Source: Amoebophrya sp. A120 (lineage: Eukaryota > Protista > Dinoflagellata). Taken from it: a DNA stretch of 64,000 nucleotides. The translations under genes and the position numbers were made by a program. The notes below the pieces were generated by a model. It was not told the origin of the DNA, did not search any database, and worked only from the letters and a program-made list of their open reading frames with translations. The stretch lies in contig CAJINV010000013.1 in assembly GCA_905178155.1 (NCBI GenBank), positions 3,250,823 to 3,314,822 of the forward strand. Reading direction: 5' to 3'. Positions 11,638 to 23,672 of this stretch are shown here, piece by piece (positions within the stretch are counted from its first letter, which is position 1; each line of letters starts with the position of its first letter).

Positions 11638-14600
11638 GAGTTCTCGCACATGGACAAATCTTGGGTCGAGGGGGAAGAAGAAATCCTTGCACATATTAAA
11701 GCAGTATTTTTTTAAGCGGCGATCGAAGCTAATTACATCCGTAAACAAAATTAAAGGCGACCCTGATTGAGTATCTGAGATAAGCCTTTGCTTTTGGTTT
11801 CTCCTGTATAGTTCTATACAGGGGGCACCGAAGACAACCAAATTAGCTTCGCCTCTCACCGAGCGACTGCTATACAAGAAAAGTGCAGCGACGAAAAATG
11901 TCCAAACAAGAACTGAACTGACGGAAGATTTTGGAAGCTTTTTTTTCGGCTCGAAAGGCATCCACCCATTTTTCGTCTCGAAACGAATAAGTACGAAACT
12001 GCCAGGACATTATAAACACGACGACGCCCAGCATTATAGCGACCCACCTTTGTAGGTGAAATGGACCAATGAGTCACCTTTGCAAGCACTAGCTCTTGCT
12101 CTACAGCTTGCAATGCAGCTACATATCTACTTACTTTCTCTTTCTGAGACTACAGACAAAACCCATGAAAAATAGCTACTTCTCTGTCATGGTGTTTACA
12201 TTCTGCTGCTTATTTTTTTTTCGATTATGCTACTTCTGATTTTGCTTGCTACTTTATTTTACTATCGAATATGCTACTGAAAATCAATGAAATACGTATG
12301 GAGACACGGAGCTCCTCATGCGAAAATGCGTTAGGTCGTGAATTCCGTATTCGACGACTTATCTGAAGATGAGGCAGGTTGAGACTTGAGAACGTTTTTG
12401 CACGCTATTCAACACCCCGCGGGGTCTGCGCTCTCAGTCTCTCAAATTATTTTTTTTCGAGTGGTAGTAACTGTGAGTGGTTCAGAAGTATTTGCTTCCG
12501 ACTTACCTTCTGCTGTATTGATCTTTTCGTAAAATTCATACTGGCAGGAGGTGATGTTGAAAGCATATACTTACAATGCGCTAGTATTATATTGGTGATG
12601 CTGATGACGTAGTTATTATTGACAAAACTAACGGTAACGTGGAGAGAAAGATAAAGAAGGAGTCGGCGATCCTTCTGTTCTGTCATTGAGTGGCCCATGC
12701 TGTCTGTATATTTACTACCCTTTTTCCTTGAAATAACGCTACCAATGCCTCAGTTCTATGACATTTACCAACCGGTGTAAATGTTCTTTTTCTTGAAGAA
12801 GTCCTAGCCGCACACAGATGCGAAACGGAGCTTTTTGGACGATGTCCGCGCGATCCTGACAACATCGAGTTTAAAGGCTTGAGAAAAAAAGCCTGGTCGA
12901 GGCAGAAGTACTAGTAGGGAACTCTGGACAGGTCCGCCATTGCCTTGCACCAGTGCAAACTGCGCTCTATGAGACCACGACAGAATATGAACATTTTCAA
13001 GACTTGCCAGAGACAGCCGAGATGAGATAGAGATAACATTGATGGAGAGAGAGAAGAACACATAGAGATTCCGGACGATACACTGCACATATTTGAGAAA
13101 AACCAGAATAATGGAGAGAGAAGAAATGAATACAGACATATGCACCAAGATGCACGAAACTGGATGAGCGAGCCGAACCAAGATTAACGAAGCGCGACAC
13201 AACTCAGCGGAGAGACACCAGACACGCAACCCAGAGACAGCACAACTGAGCAGGAGGAAGCTGTCAGCTTTTTCACGATGGTGAGGACCATGATGATCCT
13301 GCGTATGGGAAACTTCTTCCCTGATCGACGCGGGCCTTCCAATATCGTCCGAAAATTATAGGACTTGTGCTAAGAACGCAGTTACGAAATACAAGGTAAC
13401 TATGCTGCTTTAGTGTACAAACACAATTTTTATGTAGGACAAGTATGTAGTTGGACGCACAACAACGCTGGTTTACCTGTTTTATCGCTCCTCTCAGTAG
13501 AGCGACGGAACGACCAAGGAGGAAGTAAAGTGTAAGATGCTTTCATATTCTTCGAATGAATTTTGAAGACATGTGGTGTTTCTGTTTTCCATACTTGAAC
13601 TTGACGTCGACTTTTGACGACATTTCTATGCCGGAGTATGATTAGGTGCATGTGGATGTTGTGGGGGGTGCGCCTGGAGCTTTTGGCTTCAATCCACCAA
13701 TCAGCACACTAGAAAATCTTAGCTGTCGAGCTTAGTCCCACCTGATATGCGTATGTAGTAAGCCGTACAGCATGTTTCCGCTTCCCTCCAAAGAAAACCG
13801 ACGACTCTGAACTAATCGAACCCATTTATCATTATCGCGGACGTCGAATCATGACCGACACTGCAACGATGACAAGCTTTTCTGCCAAAGTAACAATACG
13901 CTTACGCATATTACGCATTAGAAGATGCTGCTCCAAAGAAATGCACGACTAGCCACTTGCTTCTTTTGATCCTGTTGCCGTCTTCCTGTACTAGTTGTAC
14001 TTCTGGTCTGCATGTAAACAATTTGTTAAATTATTTGTGATCTTACTTCTGATCATATTTACCCGCTAGCGAAAAGCAAAGGCACCGCACGCACAGCTGT
14101 TCGTCGAGAAACTAGTTCGACAGATCATTGTTCATCTTTTCAGCCGCGCAACTATTACACATAGGACCACATCAAGGAAAGAGACAACGAACTGCATGGA
14201 GCCGGAAGCTAAAGTCGATTGTATGAAACGAAAAGGCCACACACCTGCTCCCACGAGAACTGCGGCGTCTCGCTTGATGACTGACTGCCCTCGCATAGCT
14301 CAGCAACGCTACCTGTGTCTTGTTCGCAGCGCTACCGCTAGTACAAGTTCTCGGTCCATCTTTATCTCGTTCGAATCCAATGACTCGTTAACTGTCCTCG
14401 CACTAGCTCGGCTTCGAAAGGTTGTTCTTTACTTTGAATTTTTGAAGACTTTCGTTGTTACTTGTTAGCTGAGGTACGTATGGAATAAGGTGCATCTTCA
14501 ACGAACGCTGTCTATCAGGGATGGTTCGGAAAAGAATAGAAAAAGAGGGTCGCTCCTTCGTCTAAAAACTCGTAGACTAGTTGGATCGTTGCCCGATATT

Positions 14601-15704
14601 AGCATTCGAGAGAGAGACATTGACACCGGTTCGTCTGTACCTGCTGAGCAGAGCGAGGGAACTAGTTGCTTCAACGAGGATGAGAGGAAAGAGTCGAGAG
14701 TTAGGAAGCGACGAGTATGTCGATGCCAATATCGTTTACTTCCCGGGACTGCTACTGTTAGATTCCTGCTGAGCAACATCGCTCAGGATGTGCAAACTTT
14801 GGATCGTCATTTTCGTTCGCGATACAACGTTATCTACCTTCGCAGGACTCCATTGCACTGAATGCATGCTATCTGTATGACGAGAATGAGCTATCATAAC
14901 AAGCACCAGTTTCGCTTTCGGTGCCTAGTGTTGCTGTTGCACTTTCGAAATACCGCGATTTTCAGTTCCAGGACGACTCATATCTTCTCTGGCATTAGTC
15001 ATCCTTAGTGTTGAGCTTTATTTATTCGGGCGCTGTTTTTTTCAAGAGACTAAAGATTAATTTTGATGTTACCGTTATTTTGGTCGTCGCGCAATTTGTT
15101 ATTTCATTCCAGTTCTTCATCGGTCGTAGCGATATTCACATTTGGAGAGCATCGATCGCTCGACGGTGCCTCGCCGCACATCGTTCTTATGTCCGGTGAA
15201 GGGTCGTGCACGGCTTCTCCCCGCGTGGATCTTCTTCAGTGAGACCTGCTCTTCGTACACTAAGTGTGAAATTACCGCCGGCCGCTTTCCAAGAGGGGCA
15301 GTTCCTGCCGAACAAGAAAAACGAAAACCTGGCAGAGAAGAGCTGGCTTTCGGATGCAGTGGAACATGCTAAGCATTGAGAAGTAGAGCAGCTTCCTGGC
15401 CGCGCCACGGACACAGCGTGGTTGTGCAAATTGATCATGTCAACACGCTGCGGAAGAACGGTTTTTTTTGAAACCCAACTTCTCTGATGAGAGAGACGAA
15501 ACCGAGGAACACGAACATGGACCCAACTTCTACCGTGCTTGACGATGCAAGGCTTCAACATCTTCCGCAAAGAAAGCTTGACAATATCGCTAAGTGGCGA
15601 GGACCAGTCCTGCGATACATCACCCGGTGAAAATAGAACACCCCGAAGAAATCAAGAAAGCTGGAACAACTACCACAGCATCTTCAGCAAGAAATATTAG
15701 CGCC

Positions 15705-18700
15705 ATGAAGGCCATCGAGCCTGATCCACCCGGCAGCATGCAGCTAGCCACACTACAACCAGGCTCGCAGCCTGGTGTAGTCCAGGGTGTGGTGGCCAAG
15801 CCGAAAAAATCCAAGCTCGCGACTTTGCAGAGCGCCACGTCGATCAAAGAGATAACCGACCTGATTATGGTACCGGAATGCGGACCGCAAGAGATAGCGC
15901 TGCTGAAGGTGGTGTGCTTCGGGCTGATACTGTACCTCGCCTGTCTGATCCCGGTCATCATCATGTCCTGCGTGACCACGAAGACCTGCGACGTGGGGGA
16001 CGTGCTGGGCCCGACGGATTACTGCAAAGAGTATGGGCCGGGGGAGAACCCCATACTCACCGGCGGGGACATCTGCACCGTTGTTTGCGGTAAAATAAGT
16101 AGGAAACTTTGATGAAGATAGAGATACTGATAGGTTGAGCAGTGATCTACTTAAACTTCAATTTTGATTTTACATTGCAATATTATGCAGTCGATGTTTA
16201 TTGTTATTGAGACGTTCTGTTTTTTTTCACTCAGATAAAAAACGAAAACCCAACAAAAGAAATAGAATCTTGTAATTGTTCCAACGCACCATGACTACAG
16301 GCGGCAAGGAGGCAAATCGGCGGTACTACGAGCCGGTGCTCGAGTGCAGCGACGGCAACCTGGAGGACGCCGACACGGGCACGGCGGTGGCTTCCGTGTG
16401 TGCGATGCTGCCGCTTTCGCTGACGGAACTGTCGGAGGACGAGGCGATGGCAGCGTTTGCGGAGGCAAACAAGCCGGGGAACGTGCTTTTGACCGGGAAG
16501 TGCGTGGGCGCCACCGAACGGGAGATCCCCAACATTAACGCCGTATGGGATTCTCAAACGTTACATTCTCAACTGTTACATGATTTGTCATGCAAAACTA
16601 CCATCGTAATCCATTAACGCTGGACCGCACGGCCCAGAAATGATTTCAAAACAATTTCAAACTACTTTCAAACTGTGGGGCTTTTCAAAAATCAAAGCTC
16701 CAATGGCGCGGCCTGCGTGCTAGAAGGCGCTGCGGTTTGGTCTTGATGTTTCGGCGCATTTGCTTCTTTTTCGCCCAGTTCAGACCGCTGCGGGCTGAAT
16801 CCAGCGGAGGAGCTAGTGCGCCACTGTGTGCGTTGGGTCGCGCCGAAGTGCGTGGCAATATACTTGGGCCGAAATACGGCTCTCGTCGTTGGCCAACTCT
16901 ACATTGCCCGCGGGTCGTAACTCCGATCCGAACGGCCACAGGATAGACTCGCAGCGTCCATGTGACGCTGGGTTTCTCGGCTTCGTTAGGTGGGCGCCTG
17001 CGAGCACCGCAGTCTGTTGCATGGGTTCCTCCCCTGCCCCTTTTTTCGTCGCAAGGCAAGCCAAAAAGCGCCCTGCGACCGTCAGAAGCAGACGTTGCGC
17101 CCGGAGGGCAGCATCGCCGAGGGAAGCAAGCGCGGCGGGCTTCGGGATGGGCTCTGAAGAACCAGCGCGCGGGCGACTTGCCGGGGAAAATTCCTCGTCT
17201 TGGTGTTGCAGTGGTCCGCGCGCCTGCTCGTAGGTCGCGAGGCTACCTGAGACGGACGGGAAGAGGACGCAGACGGGGCCGCGGCGGGGATAGTCTCCCT
17301 CGCGGCTCTGCGCTACGTAGTCAACGTCGCGCCGTGAAGGCGAAGGGCCGCCTGGAGCATGCGGCATCCTTCCTGCAGCGCGTGGCCGCTCTTCGGAGCA
17401 AATTTGCGACGCCCGACAGGACAAGGAGGAAAGCCGGAGGGGGTGGGCCCCTGGTTCAGTAAACTCCATCGGGCGGCGACACCCGCTGGGCAAAGAAAGA
17501 AAAATAGGGCTTGGGCACATTCCAAATAATATCATCAAGGCATTTCAAAACGCCATCAGAATTCTGTCAGAATTCCGTTCCCCGATGGGTAGCTTGGTTC
17601 TGACGGAATTCTGACGGAATCTGACGGAATTCTGACGGCATTTTGAATATCGTCTTGATGACGTTTTGAAATTGGCCAAAATGCTTGATGACGTTTTGAA
17701 ATTGCGCAGGAGGCTTGATGGGATTTTGAAAGCGAGCGAGATGGCCGATGGCGTTTTGAAATCAGCGAAGGGCATTGATGGGCTTCGGAATTTCCGAAGG
17801 GCAGCCGTCGGCAATTCGGTGGGGCCTCGCGTACCGGTGTGCGAAGCGGTCCATCGGGCAGGGGCGTGCAGCTCTTCGCCCGTGTCGATGCCGATTGCCG
17901 CGAAGCCCCGCAGCCCACTGATTGCCAACGAGCCGCGCCGCCGGGCCCTTGGCGCAGGCACTACCTGCCGGCGCCGGTATTCTTGGGAGAGGTGCCGCGC
18001 CTGCCCGATTCGTATCGCCCGTGCCGATCGGGGGTGGGCGTGGGCGCCCCGTGTCTTGCTGCCCATGGCGCAGTGTCTATGCCTGTATGGGGTTGCCAAA
18101 CCGGGGCGGCAGCCAGGCGCCCGGCGCCCATTATTTGATTGTGGCGCCCCTGCGTGCGGCAGGTTTGCTCCGCCAGTGTAAATCGCTCGGGCCCATCGCG
18201 TACTGTCACATGTTGCAAAGGCCGGCGCCGCTCCGGGTGTGGGGCTCCGTGTGGAAAGGCCACACCAGACGCGCGGGCCCCGACATTCATGGCCGCGGGC
18301 GGCCCGTCGTTAGGCCCGCCAGCTCTTTGGCGGGCTTTTGGCATTCCCGTTGCAGTCAAGTTTGTGGGGCTGTATGCAATGAAAAATCGCACACCGCGGA
18401 GGCCCGCGGGGTTGCCACAGCATGAAAATGCTGGAATTTTGAAATTGCTTTGAAATTGGTTTGAATTAGAATTACAGCCCGCGCAGTCTAGAGTTAAAAT
18501 CCACAAGATCAAGCTGCTTCGCATGACAAATTTGCGAAGGGCTAAAGAGCACCTAAATCTGCGCGGGATTTGTAATGCAATTTCTGCAATTTTCCCCCTT
18601 TCACTGTTGCGGTTCTTGCATTACAAATTCATGTAACAATTGAGAATGTAACGTTTGAGAACGCCATACGCCGCCCAACCGTGTTTGGAGGGCAAGTTCA

Positions 18701-21700
18701 TTTCCCCAGTATCAAATGTAAAAATGTCTGGGTCTGGAAGAATGCGAGATTTATCATGCACGTTTTGCATGAGCCATGATGTCTGTGATGCATACCCTAG
18801 CAATACAGATTTTTTGCAGGCTTCTTGATGCCTATTCCGCATGACAAATGCCTTCTCAGCGTAGGAATGCAAAAATGTCTAGGTCTGGAAAGTTGTGATG
18901 CTGGGTGGCGTATCACGAAGAGGCCACAGGTGCTGGCTCAGCATGACAATTTTCTGAGCTTCTAGGTGTTGCCTATTCTGCATGACAAACTGCGTTTCTG
19001 CATCGCGCTGTGTTCAGATTAGCTTTTAGCTTGCTGCTTTAGATCACCTTCCGTTTTCTCTTTTTTCATCGACACAGATGCAGGTTGAAGATCGATTTGT
19101 ATGACGGCAGGAGCTTCAAGTAGAAGATCACTAGGGTTTACTCATCGGGGAGATAACCTCGTACAAAATCGGCACCCTTTTTTTTACTTTCTTTTACCAC
19201 TTTCCTAGCGCTATAAGCTCCTGCCGGGGTCTGGTCGAGAAGGCAGACCGAGATCAGCGGATCCGTTTCTTTTTGTTCCTCCAGTGTGGAGCGGCAGCAC
19301 CATCGTGGTGCTTTTTTTCCCCGCGACGCGATCGCTGGATCCTAGTAGCGCTAGACCCCTTTTCGCAGGCGCTCCTAAAGTGAGCCTTTTGCCGGTGCTG
19401 GCGCACTAAAAAAGAACCTCGAGACGGGGAAAAGCAGAAGCACGAAAGAGAAGACGGAGGCGGGGCACAGAAGAAAAGGGGAGTGGGGCATTAGGGAAAA
19501 AGAAGAGAAAAAAAGACGAGCGGGGGGGAAGGACTAAAGAACAAAAAAAAGAGCTGCAACTGTCTGGGAGTTTGCATGTCGAAGTCGTTCGGACTAGGTT
19601 TATTACCAAAGTGGCGCCAGGGATGCTAATTTAAAGACTGCGCTAAGGCAGCGCCCCCCTTCCCCAAGGGGTCCCCCCGGGGCGGGCGCGGTGGCGGCTC
19701 TGCAAGCGCGGAGCTCCGCGGGCCGATTCTCTGAAAACGCATACAAAAGGGTGCGGGAAGCAGATCGGTAAGAAGTGTTTGAAAGGGGCACGCCGTTGGG
19801 TCGTCCGCCATCGTGATAGGATCGCCGTGTCTGATCATTGGACCCCCTGTATATTTTTTAGCGCGCAACCGGTCACAGAAGTAAGTCTTTGAGCAAGTTT
19901 GTAAGACTAACCCATCAAGGCAATACTGGAGCTCCACCTTGCTCGCGGGCTTGGATGGTAAGGCAGGTCAGCCACACATAGCGCCCACTGGTTGTAGCCA
20001 TGCGTAAGCAATCGATAGCGGTTTTGCAGGTGCAGCCGGGTGGTAGTTAGGAAGTGGGCCGCGTCTCCACCTAGGGGTATCGGCAGAGGCTAAATCTGTT
20101 CTAACGCCCAGGTATTGGCAGAGGCTAAATCTGTTCCAACGCCCACCCGCCAGGAGTTAAATGGTACTACTACTACTACTACCAGCGTAGCAAAAATTGC
20201 ATTCCCTACTTTGGTACTCATGCAATACAGATTTTTTTGGAATCCAAATGCAGCATCACAAGTTCCATTCTTCCAGACCCAGACATTTTTACATTTGATA
20301 CCCGGGGAAAAAGTGCAACGTGAACTGCAAGTCGGGGTACTTTCCCACCGTGGAATCGCAGGAGTGCCGCCGCCCGGAAATGCTGCTACAGCCGGTGCAC
20401 ACCACCATCCAGTGCCTCGTCCAGTCGGAGCTCAACGCCTGGCGCGCGGAGATGCGCGCCCGCCCCTGCTTCCGCGACCAGCACTGCAACGGGAAGGGCG
20501 TGGCCATCCGGAACCAGGTGACTCTGGAGTGCAACTGCGCCTGCGAGCCGCCCTTCGTGGGGCTGACCTGCGAACACGAGGTGCGGGAGTGCCTGCTGCC
20601 CGAGATCGAGAACGCGGGCAAGCCGCCCTGCCAGGAGGGCTGGACCACCTACGTCCGCGGGCCCACCTGCACCGTCGTGTGCGCGCAGGACTACTTTCCC
20701 GCCATCCCGGTGCTGCGGTGCACGGGGTCCAACCTGGTCCCGGCCACCGGCGAGTGCCGCGGGGGCCCCATGCCCCCGACGGTCTGCGTCGTGGCCACCT
20801 TGTCGCTCTCCGGCCTGTACGTGTTCTTCGTCGTGGTCGTGTACGGCCTGTACTTTTGGCGCAACTGGCGCGTGAAGCGGGACCTGACCAAGATTTACGC
20901 CGGCGACCCGAAGTGCACCATGGTCGCGGAGGAAAACCACTTTTCCGGGGGGCAGACCAACGTGCTGAAGCCGTCGCAGACCGCGAAGCAGTACCAAAAG
21001 TCGAAGCGGGAACGGATGCCCATCCACCGGACCAACGAGTTTGGGGAAGTGGAGGTGGGCGGCGCGGAGAAGCTGGACTACGGCTCCAAGTCGGAGGAGC
21101 AGACGCGGCGGGAACTGCACAAGTTGTCCGAGTTGGCGGACTTGTCCCGGCAGAACGCGCTGCAGAAGGACATTCCGTTGGTGGAATCCGCCTACATGTC
21201 GGCGTACGAGGGCTTTCTGGTGGAGGAGAACTACGAATCCGCAAGTAAGCTGGTGCGGGAGGGGTACCTTTTAGAAGCTATACATTGCAAAAATGTCCGT
21301 GTCTGGAAGGTTGCTCCTGAGGTTTGTGATGCTGTGTCTGCTTGACACGGAAGGTGTGCCATGCAAGGCCTAGCATCACAGGTTTTGAGACGGTTTCCCA
21401 ATGCTAAATCCGCATGACAAAAACCTTCGTTCGGCGACAGGAAAAGGAGCGCCTTTTGCTGTCTAAGCATGACAGATTTTTGTGTGATCCAAGTATGCAG
21501 CACAAGTTCGCATCCTTCCAGACCCAGACATTTTTGCATTTGATAGAAGCAGAGTTAGACCAACTGGAAGAGGAGCGTCTCGTGGACGACGTCTTGCGGG
21601 AGAAAGAAAAACAAGCAGCGTTGGAGTTTGACGCGAGGAATCCGGTGTTCCAGGTGGAAGACCACGAAGACCCCGACACGCTGCTCCTCATGGCACCGAC

Positions 21701-23672
21701 GGACCAAAGGTAAGCACGACTTTAAAACAAAGTCGCACTTCGTTCATCGACGTGTCGCGGGCTAGGAGTTGGTTAGACGTGAAAATGGCATGGCTGAATG
21801 AAAAAGCATTGCGTCGTGATAAGTAGATTGCCAACCAGCATTCCTAAACAGTGAACACCATTCGCAAGTTTTCGCGAAAATAAAAAGGTGCAAAAATCAG
21901 CATACGCTGAATAAGGTAAGGACGAAAAAAAAAAAACTGGCTGCTAAAATAATTTCAGGTACGCCGTCGACCATTCCGGGCTCCCGATTCGCGACCCACT
22001 GACTGGTGGCACCGATCTCCGATACCAGGCGCCGCTCGTGGAGAACGCCGAGGTCCCGTCGCTCGCGGAGCAGGCGGACTGGGTAAACGAGTTCAACAAG
22101 TGCGACAACGAGACGAAATCCACAAAGCTGCAGAAGGAGGCCGTGCTAGAAATATTAGAGCGCTACGAGAACGGGAAGTGCGACTTTCTATCGATCCCGC
22201 AATTGGAGGCCGCGAAGGACGTGTTGGAGCGGGCGAAAGCGATCGCCGACGCGGTGGACTGCTGGCCGCTGAACAAACGATGCCGAGGGATGATGAAACG
22301 CGTCGCGGAGCTGAAACAAGTGCAGCAGGAGCAGCTAGACGAGAAGGTCGACCTGTTGATGCGCTCCGTCGCGTCAAAGAACCCGGAACAAATCGAAGCA
22401 GCCATCGAGGAAACTATGTTTCTGAAGGAGCAGTACCCAGTATCCGGGGTGAATTCTTGTTGCGAAGCCGAACTGGTCAAGTTGCCAAACTTGTCGCGCG
22501 GATGAGATTATAAATGCATCTGTTCCATGAAAACATTTTTCTCATTGACAAGCACAATGAGAATGACCACAAGTTTGCAAGCTGCGCCGAGGCGGCCGGC
22601 ACAAGTTTTCATTGCATATCCTGCGCTAATTGGACGATGGCACATGGTCGCGCAAGAAGTGGTTACCGACGTGATAAGGGTACTGCAGTAGCTGTTTTCA
22701 TATATGATTTCTGAGAAAATAAAGCACCCGTGATGCCATGCTAATGCATGGCGCAAAAATCGATATCGCTCATGATCGATCAGGTGAGTAGACGTAGAGA
22801 CTACGTACTTCGACGTCCAAGGAAGCGGTAGTACCGTTGTACTAGAAGTTCCACAAAAATTCCACATGTCTTAAAACAACTTACTTCTGCAGAAAGCGGC
22901 AAAGAAGAAGTCCCAGGAAGAGAAAGAGGTGAAGAAGATGATGGGGCTCATTGCGGATTACGACATTGGTCCGAAGGAGATCGTCCAGGCCGTCAAAGAG
23001 AAAGACGTTCCCAAGCTTCGCGCCGGTTTGAACGTTATGCATATGGAAGAGTCTGTCACTTGTACTTATTGCCTCTTGAACTTTGACAACAAAGAAGTCA
23101 AGTGAGGATCCGCGCACCACAAGTTGAAAATATAATGTCACCTACTTCATTTTTCACCATATTAGAATTTGCATTTTTATTCGTCTTCTTGTTCTTCATC
23201 TTCTTCTTCCACGCAAGAGGTACATACTAGTAGCAGACTTTTGCACATTTTCATACTGGCCTTCGTCTCGCCAAACACGCGGGATCCGGACACGGGGATG
23301 ACATTGCTCCACCTAGCTGCGATTAACTTCGATCAGCAGGTTTTTCTCCTCTTAATCAAGAAGAAGGCGGACGTGAACCTGTTGACGTCCCCGGACTGCC
23401 ACGACGTGTGGGACCTGGCCAGCAGCTACGTGCGCGGGTTCATGAAGCACAAACTGAAGCTGAAGGTGCCCACCGACCGGGTTTTCCTAGAGGACGACGA
23501 GGCCACGGTGAACTCCATGCTGATGTCTGCGGGGAGAAGTAGTGGCGGAGCAGCCGAGAGCAGCAGCAAGTCGCCGAGAAGGGGCGGTGGAGCATCCTCT
23601 TCATCTGCAGCAAAGTCTACCTCATCCCCCACAAACGCAGGAGCCGGAAACAAGGGCAGCGCGGCAAAGTAG
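15705..23672 (+). CDS. Receptor-like membrane protein: TM, Cys-rich/EGF-like ectodomain, TM, helical region, ankyrin repeats (~943 aa)
   Basis: Exons 15705-16089, 16301-16542, 18673-18708, 20305-21277, 21550-21709, 21959-22439, 22893-23034, 23260-23672 total 2832 nt in one frame. TM1 VVCFGLILYLACLIPVIIM; EGF-like CFRDQHCNGKG...CNCACEPPFVGLTCE; TM2 LSLSGLYVFFVVVVYGLYFW; ankyrin DTGMTLLHLAA...LLIKKKADVN. Start uncertain. Confidence 0.75.
16618..18493. mobile_element. Non-autonomous piggyBac-like element (TTAA target duplication) nested in an introner
   Basis: TTAA at 16614-16617 and 18494-18497. Imperfect TIR CGCTGGACCGCACGGCCC vs CTCTAGACTGCGCGGGCT (12/18), then a shared subterminal ttcaaa(a/c)caatttcaaa. 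GC-rich body with no recognisable transposase. Confidence 0.75.
17530..17795. repeat. Internal repeat array of the piggyBac-like element
   Basis: ctgacggaat(t) x3-4 (~17599-17640), ~30-bp units gatg..gttttgaaa (~17640-17795), and an inverted copy of both motifs at ~17532-17580. Confidence 0.75.
18710..20300. mobile_element. IR introner (TATCAAATG...CATTTGATA), flanks CCCAG/CCCGG, carrying a nested insertion
   Basis: Perfect ~35-bp TIR tatcaaatgtaaaaatgtctgggtctggaagaatg. Removing element + 5 nt gives FISPGKKCNVNC. Host size without the insert is 265 bp versus 267 bp for the sibling at 21279. Confidence 0.92.
18865..20182 (+). mobile_element. Retroposon-like (non-LTR/SINE-like) insertion with (TAC)6 tail and 8-bp TSD CAGCGTAG
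   Basis: CAGCGTAG at 18857-18864 and 20183-20190; (TAC)6 at 20165-20182; 35-bp tandem duplication at 20076-20145; no long ORF; no TIR. Confidence 0.65.
21279..21545. mobile_element. IR introner, 267 bp, perfect 5-bp DR GAAGC
   Basis: TIR ...tgcaaaaatgtccgtgtctggaagg / ccttccagacccagacatttttgcatttgata. Removal gives YLLEAELDQLEEE. Same family as 18710-20300. Confidence 0.92.
23036..23255. mobile_element. Degenerate IR introner (TATG...CATA)
   Basis: Degenerate ~40-bp IR; DR decayed (AACGT/CTGGC). Removing element + 5 nt restores the ankyrin frame (AGLNAFVSPNTRD). Confidence 0.7.

Larger units (their letters stand above)
16544..18668. mobile_element. IR introner (TATGG...CCATA), 5-bp direct repeat CGCCG, carrying a nested element
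   Basis: ~50-bp TIR (tatgggattctcaaacgttacattctcaactgttacatg... vs reverse complement of the right end). CGCCG at 16539-16543 and 18669-18673. Without the nested insert it is 245 bp, the same as its relative at 55869-56113. Confidence 0.92.

Noticed and set aside
11700-15550. Genes in the 11.7-15.5 kb interval (also 4.1-6.0 kb and 34.6-36.7 kb)
   Set aside because: Only short ORFs without motifs or coding-like composition; small exons cannot be excluded.
17545-18524. ORFs inside the piggyBac-like element as a transposase or cargo gene
   Set aside because: No DDD/DDE or Cys-rich transposase motifs; the 10-aa periodicity of ORF 17666 reflects the 30-bp DNA repeat, and GC richness explains the open frames.
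19612-19625. TGGCGCC as an LTR retrotransposon primer-binding site
   Set aside because: No paired LTRs, no TG...CA boundary and no gag/pol sequence; the match is too short.
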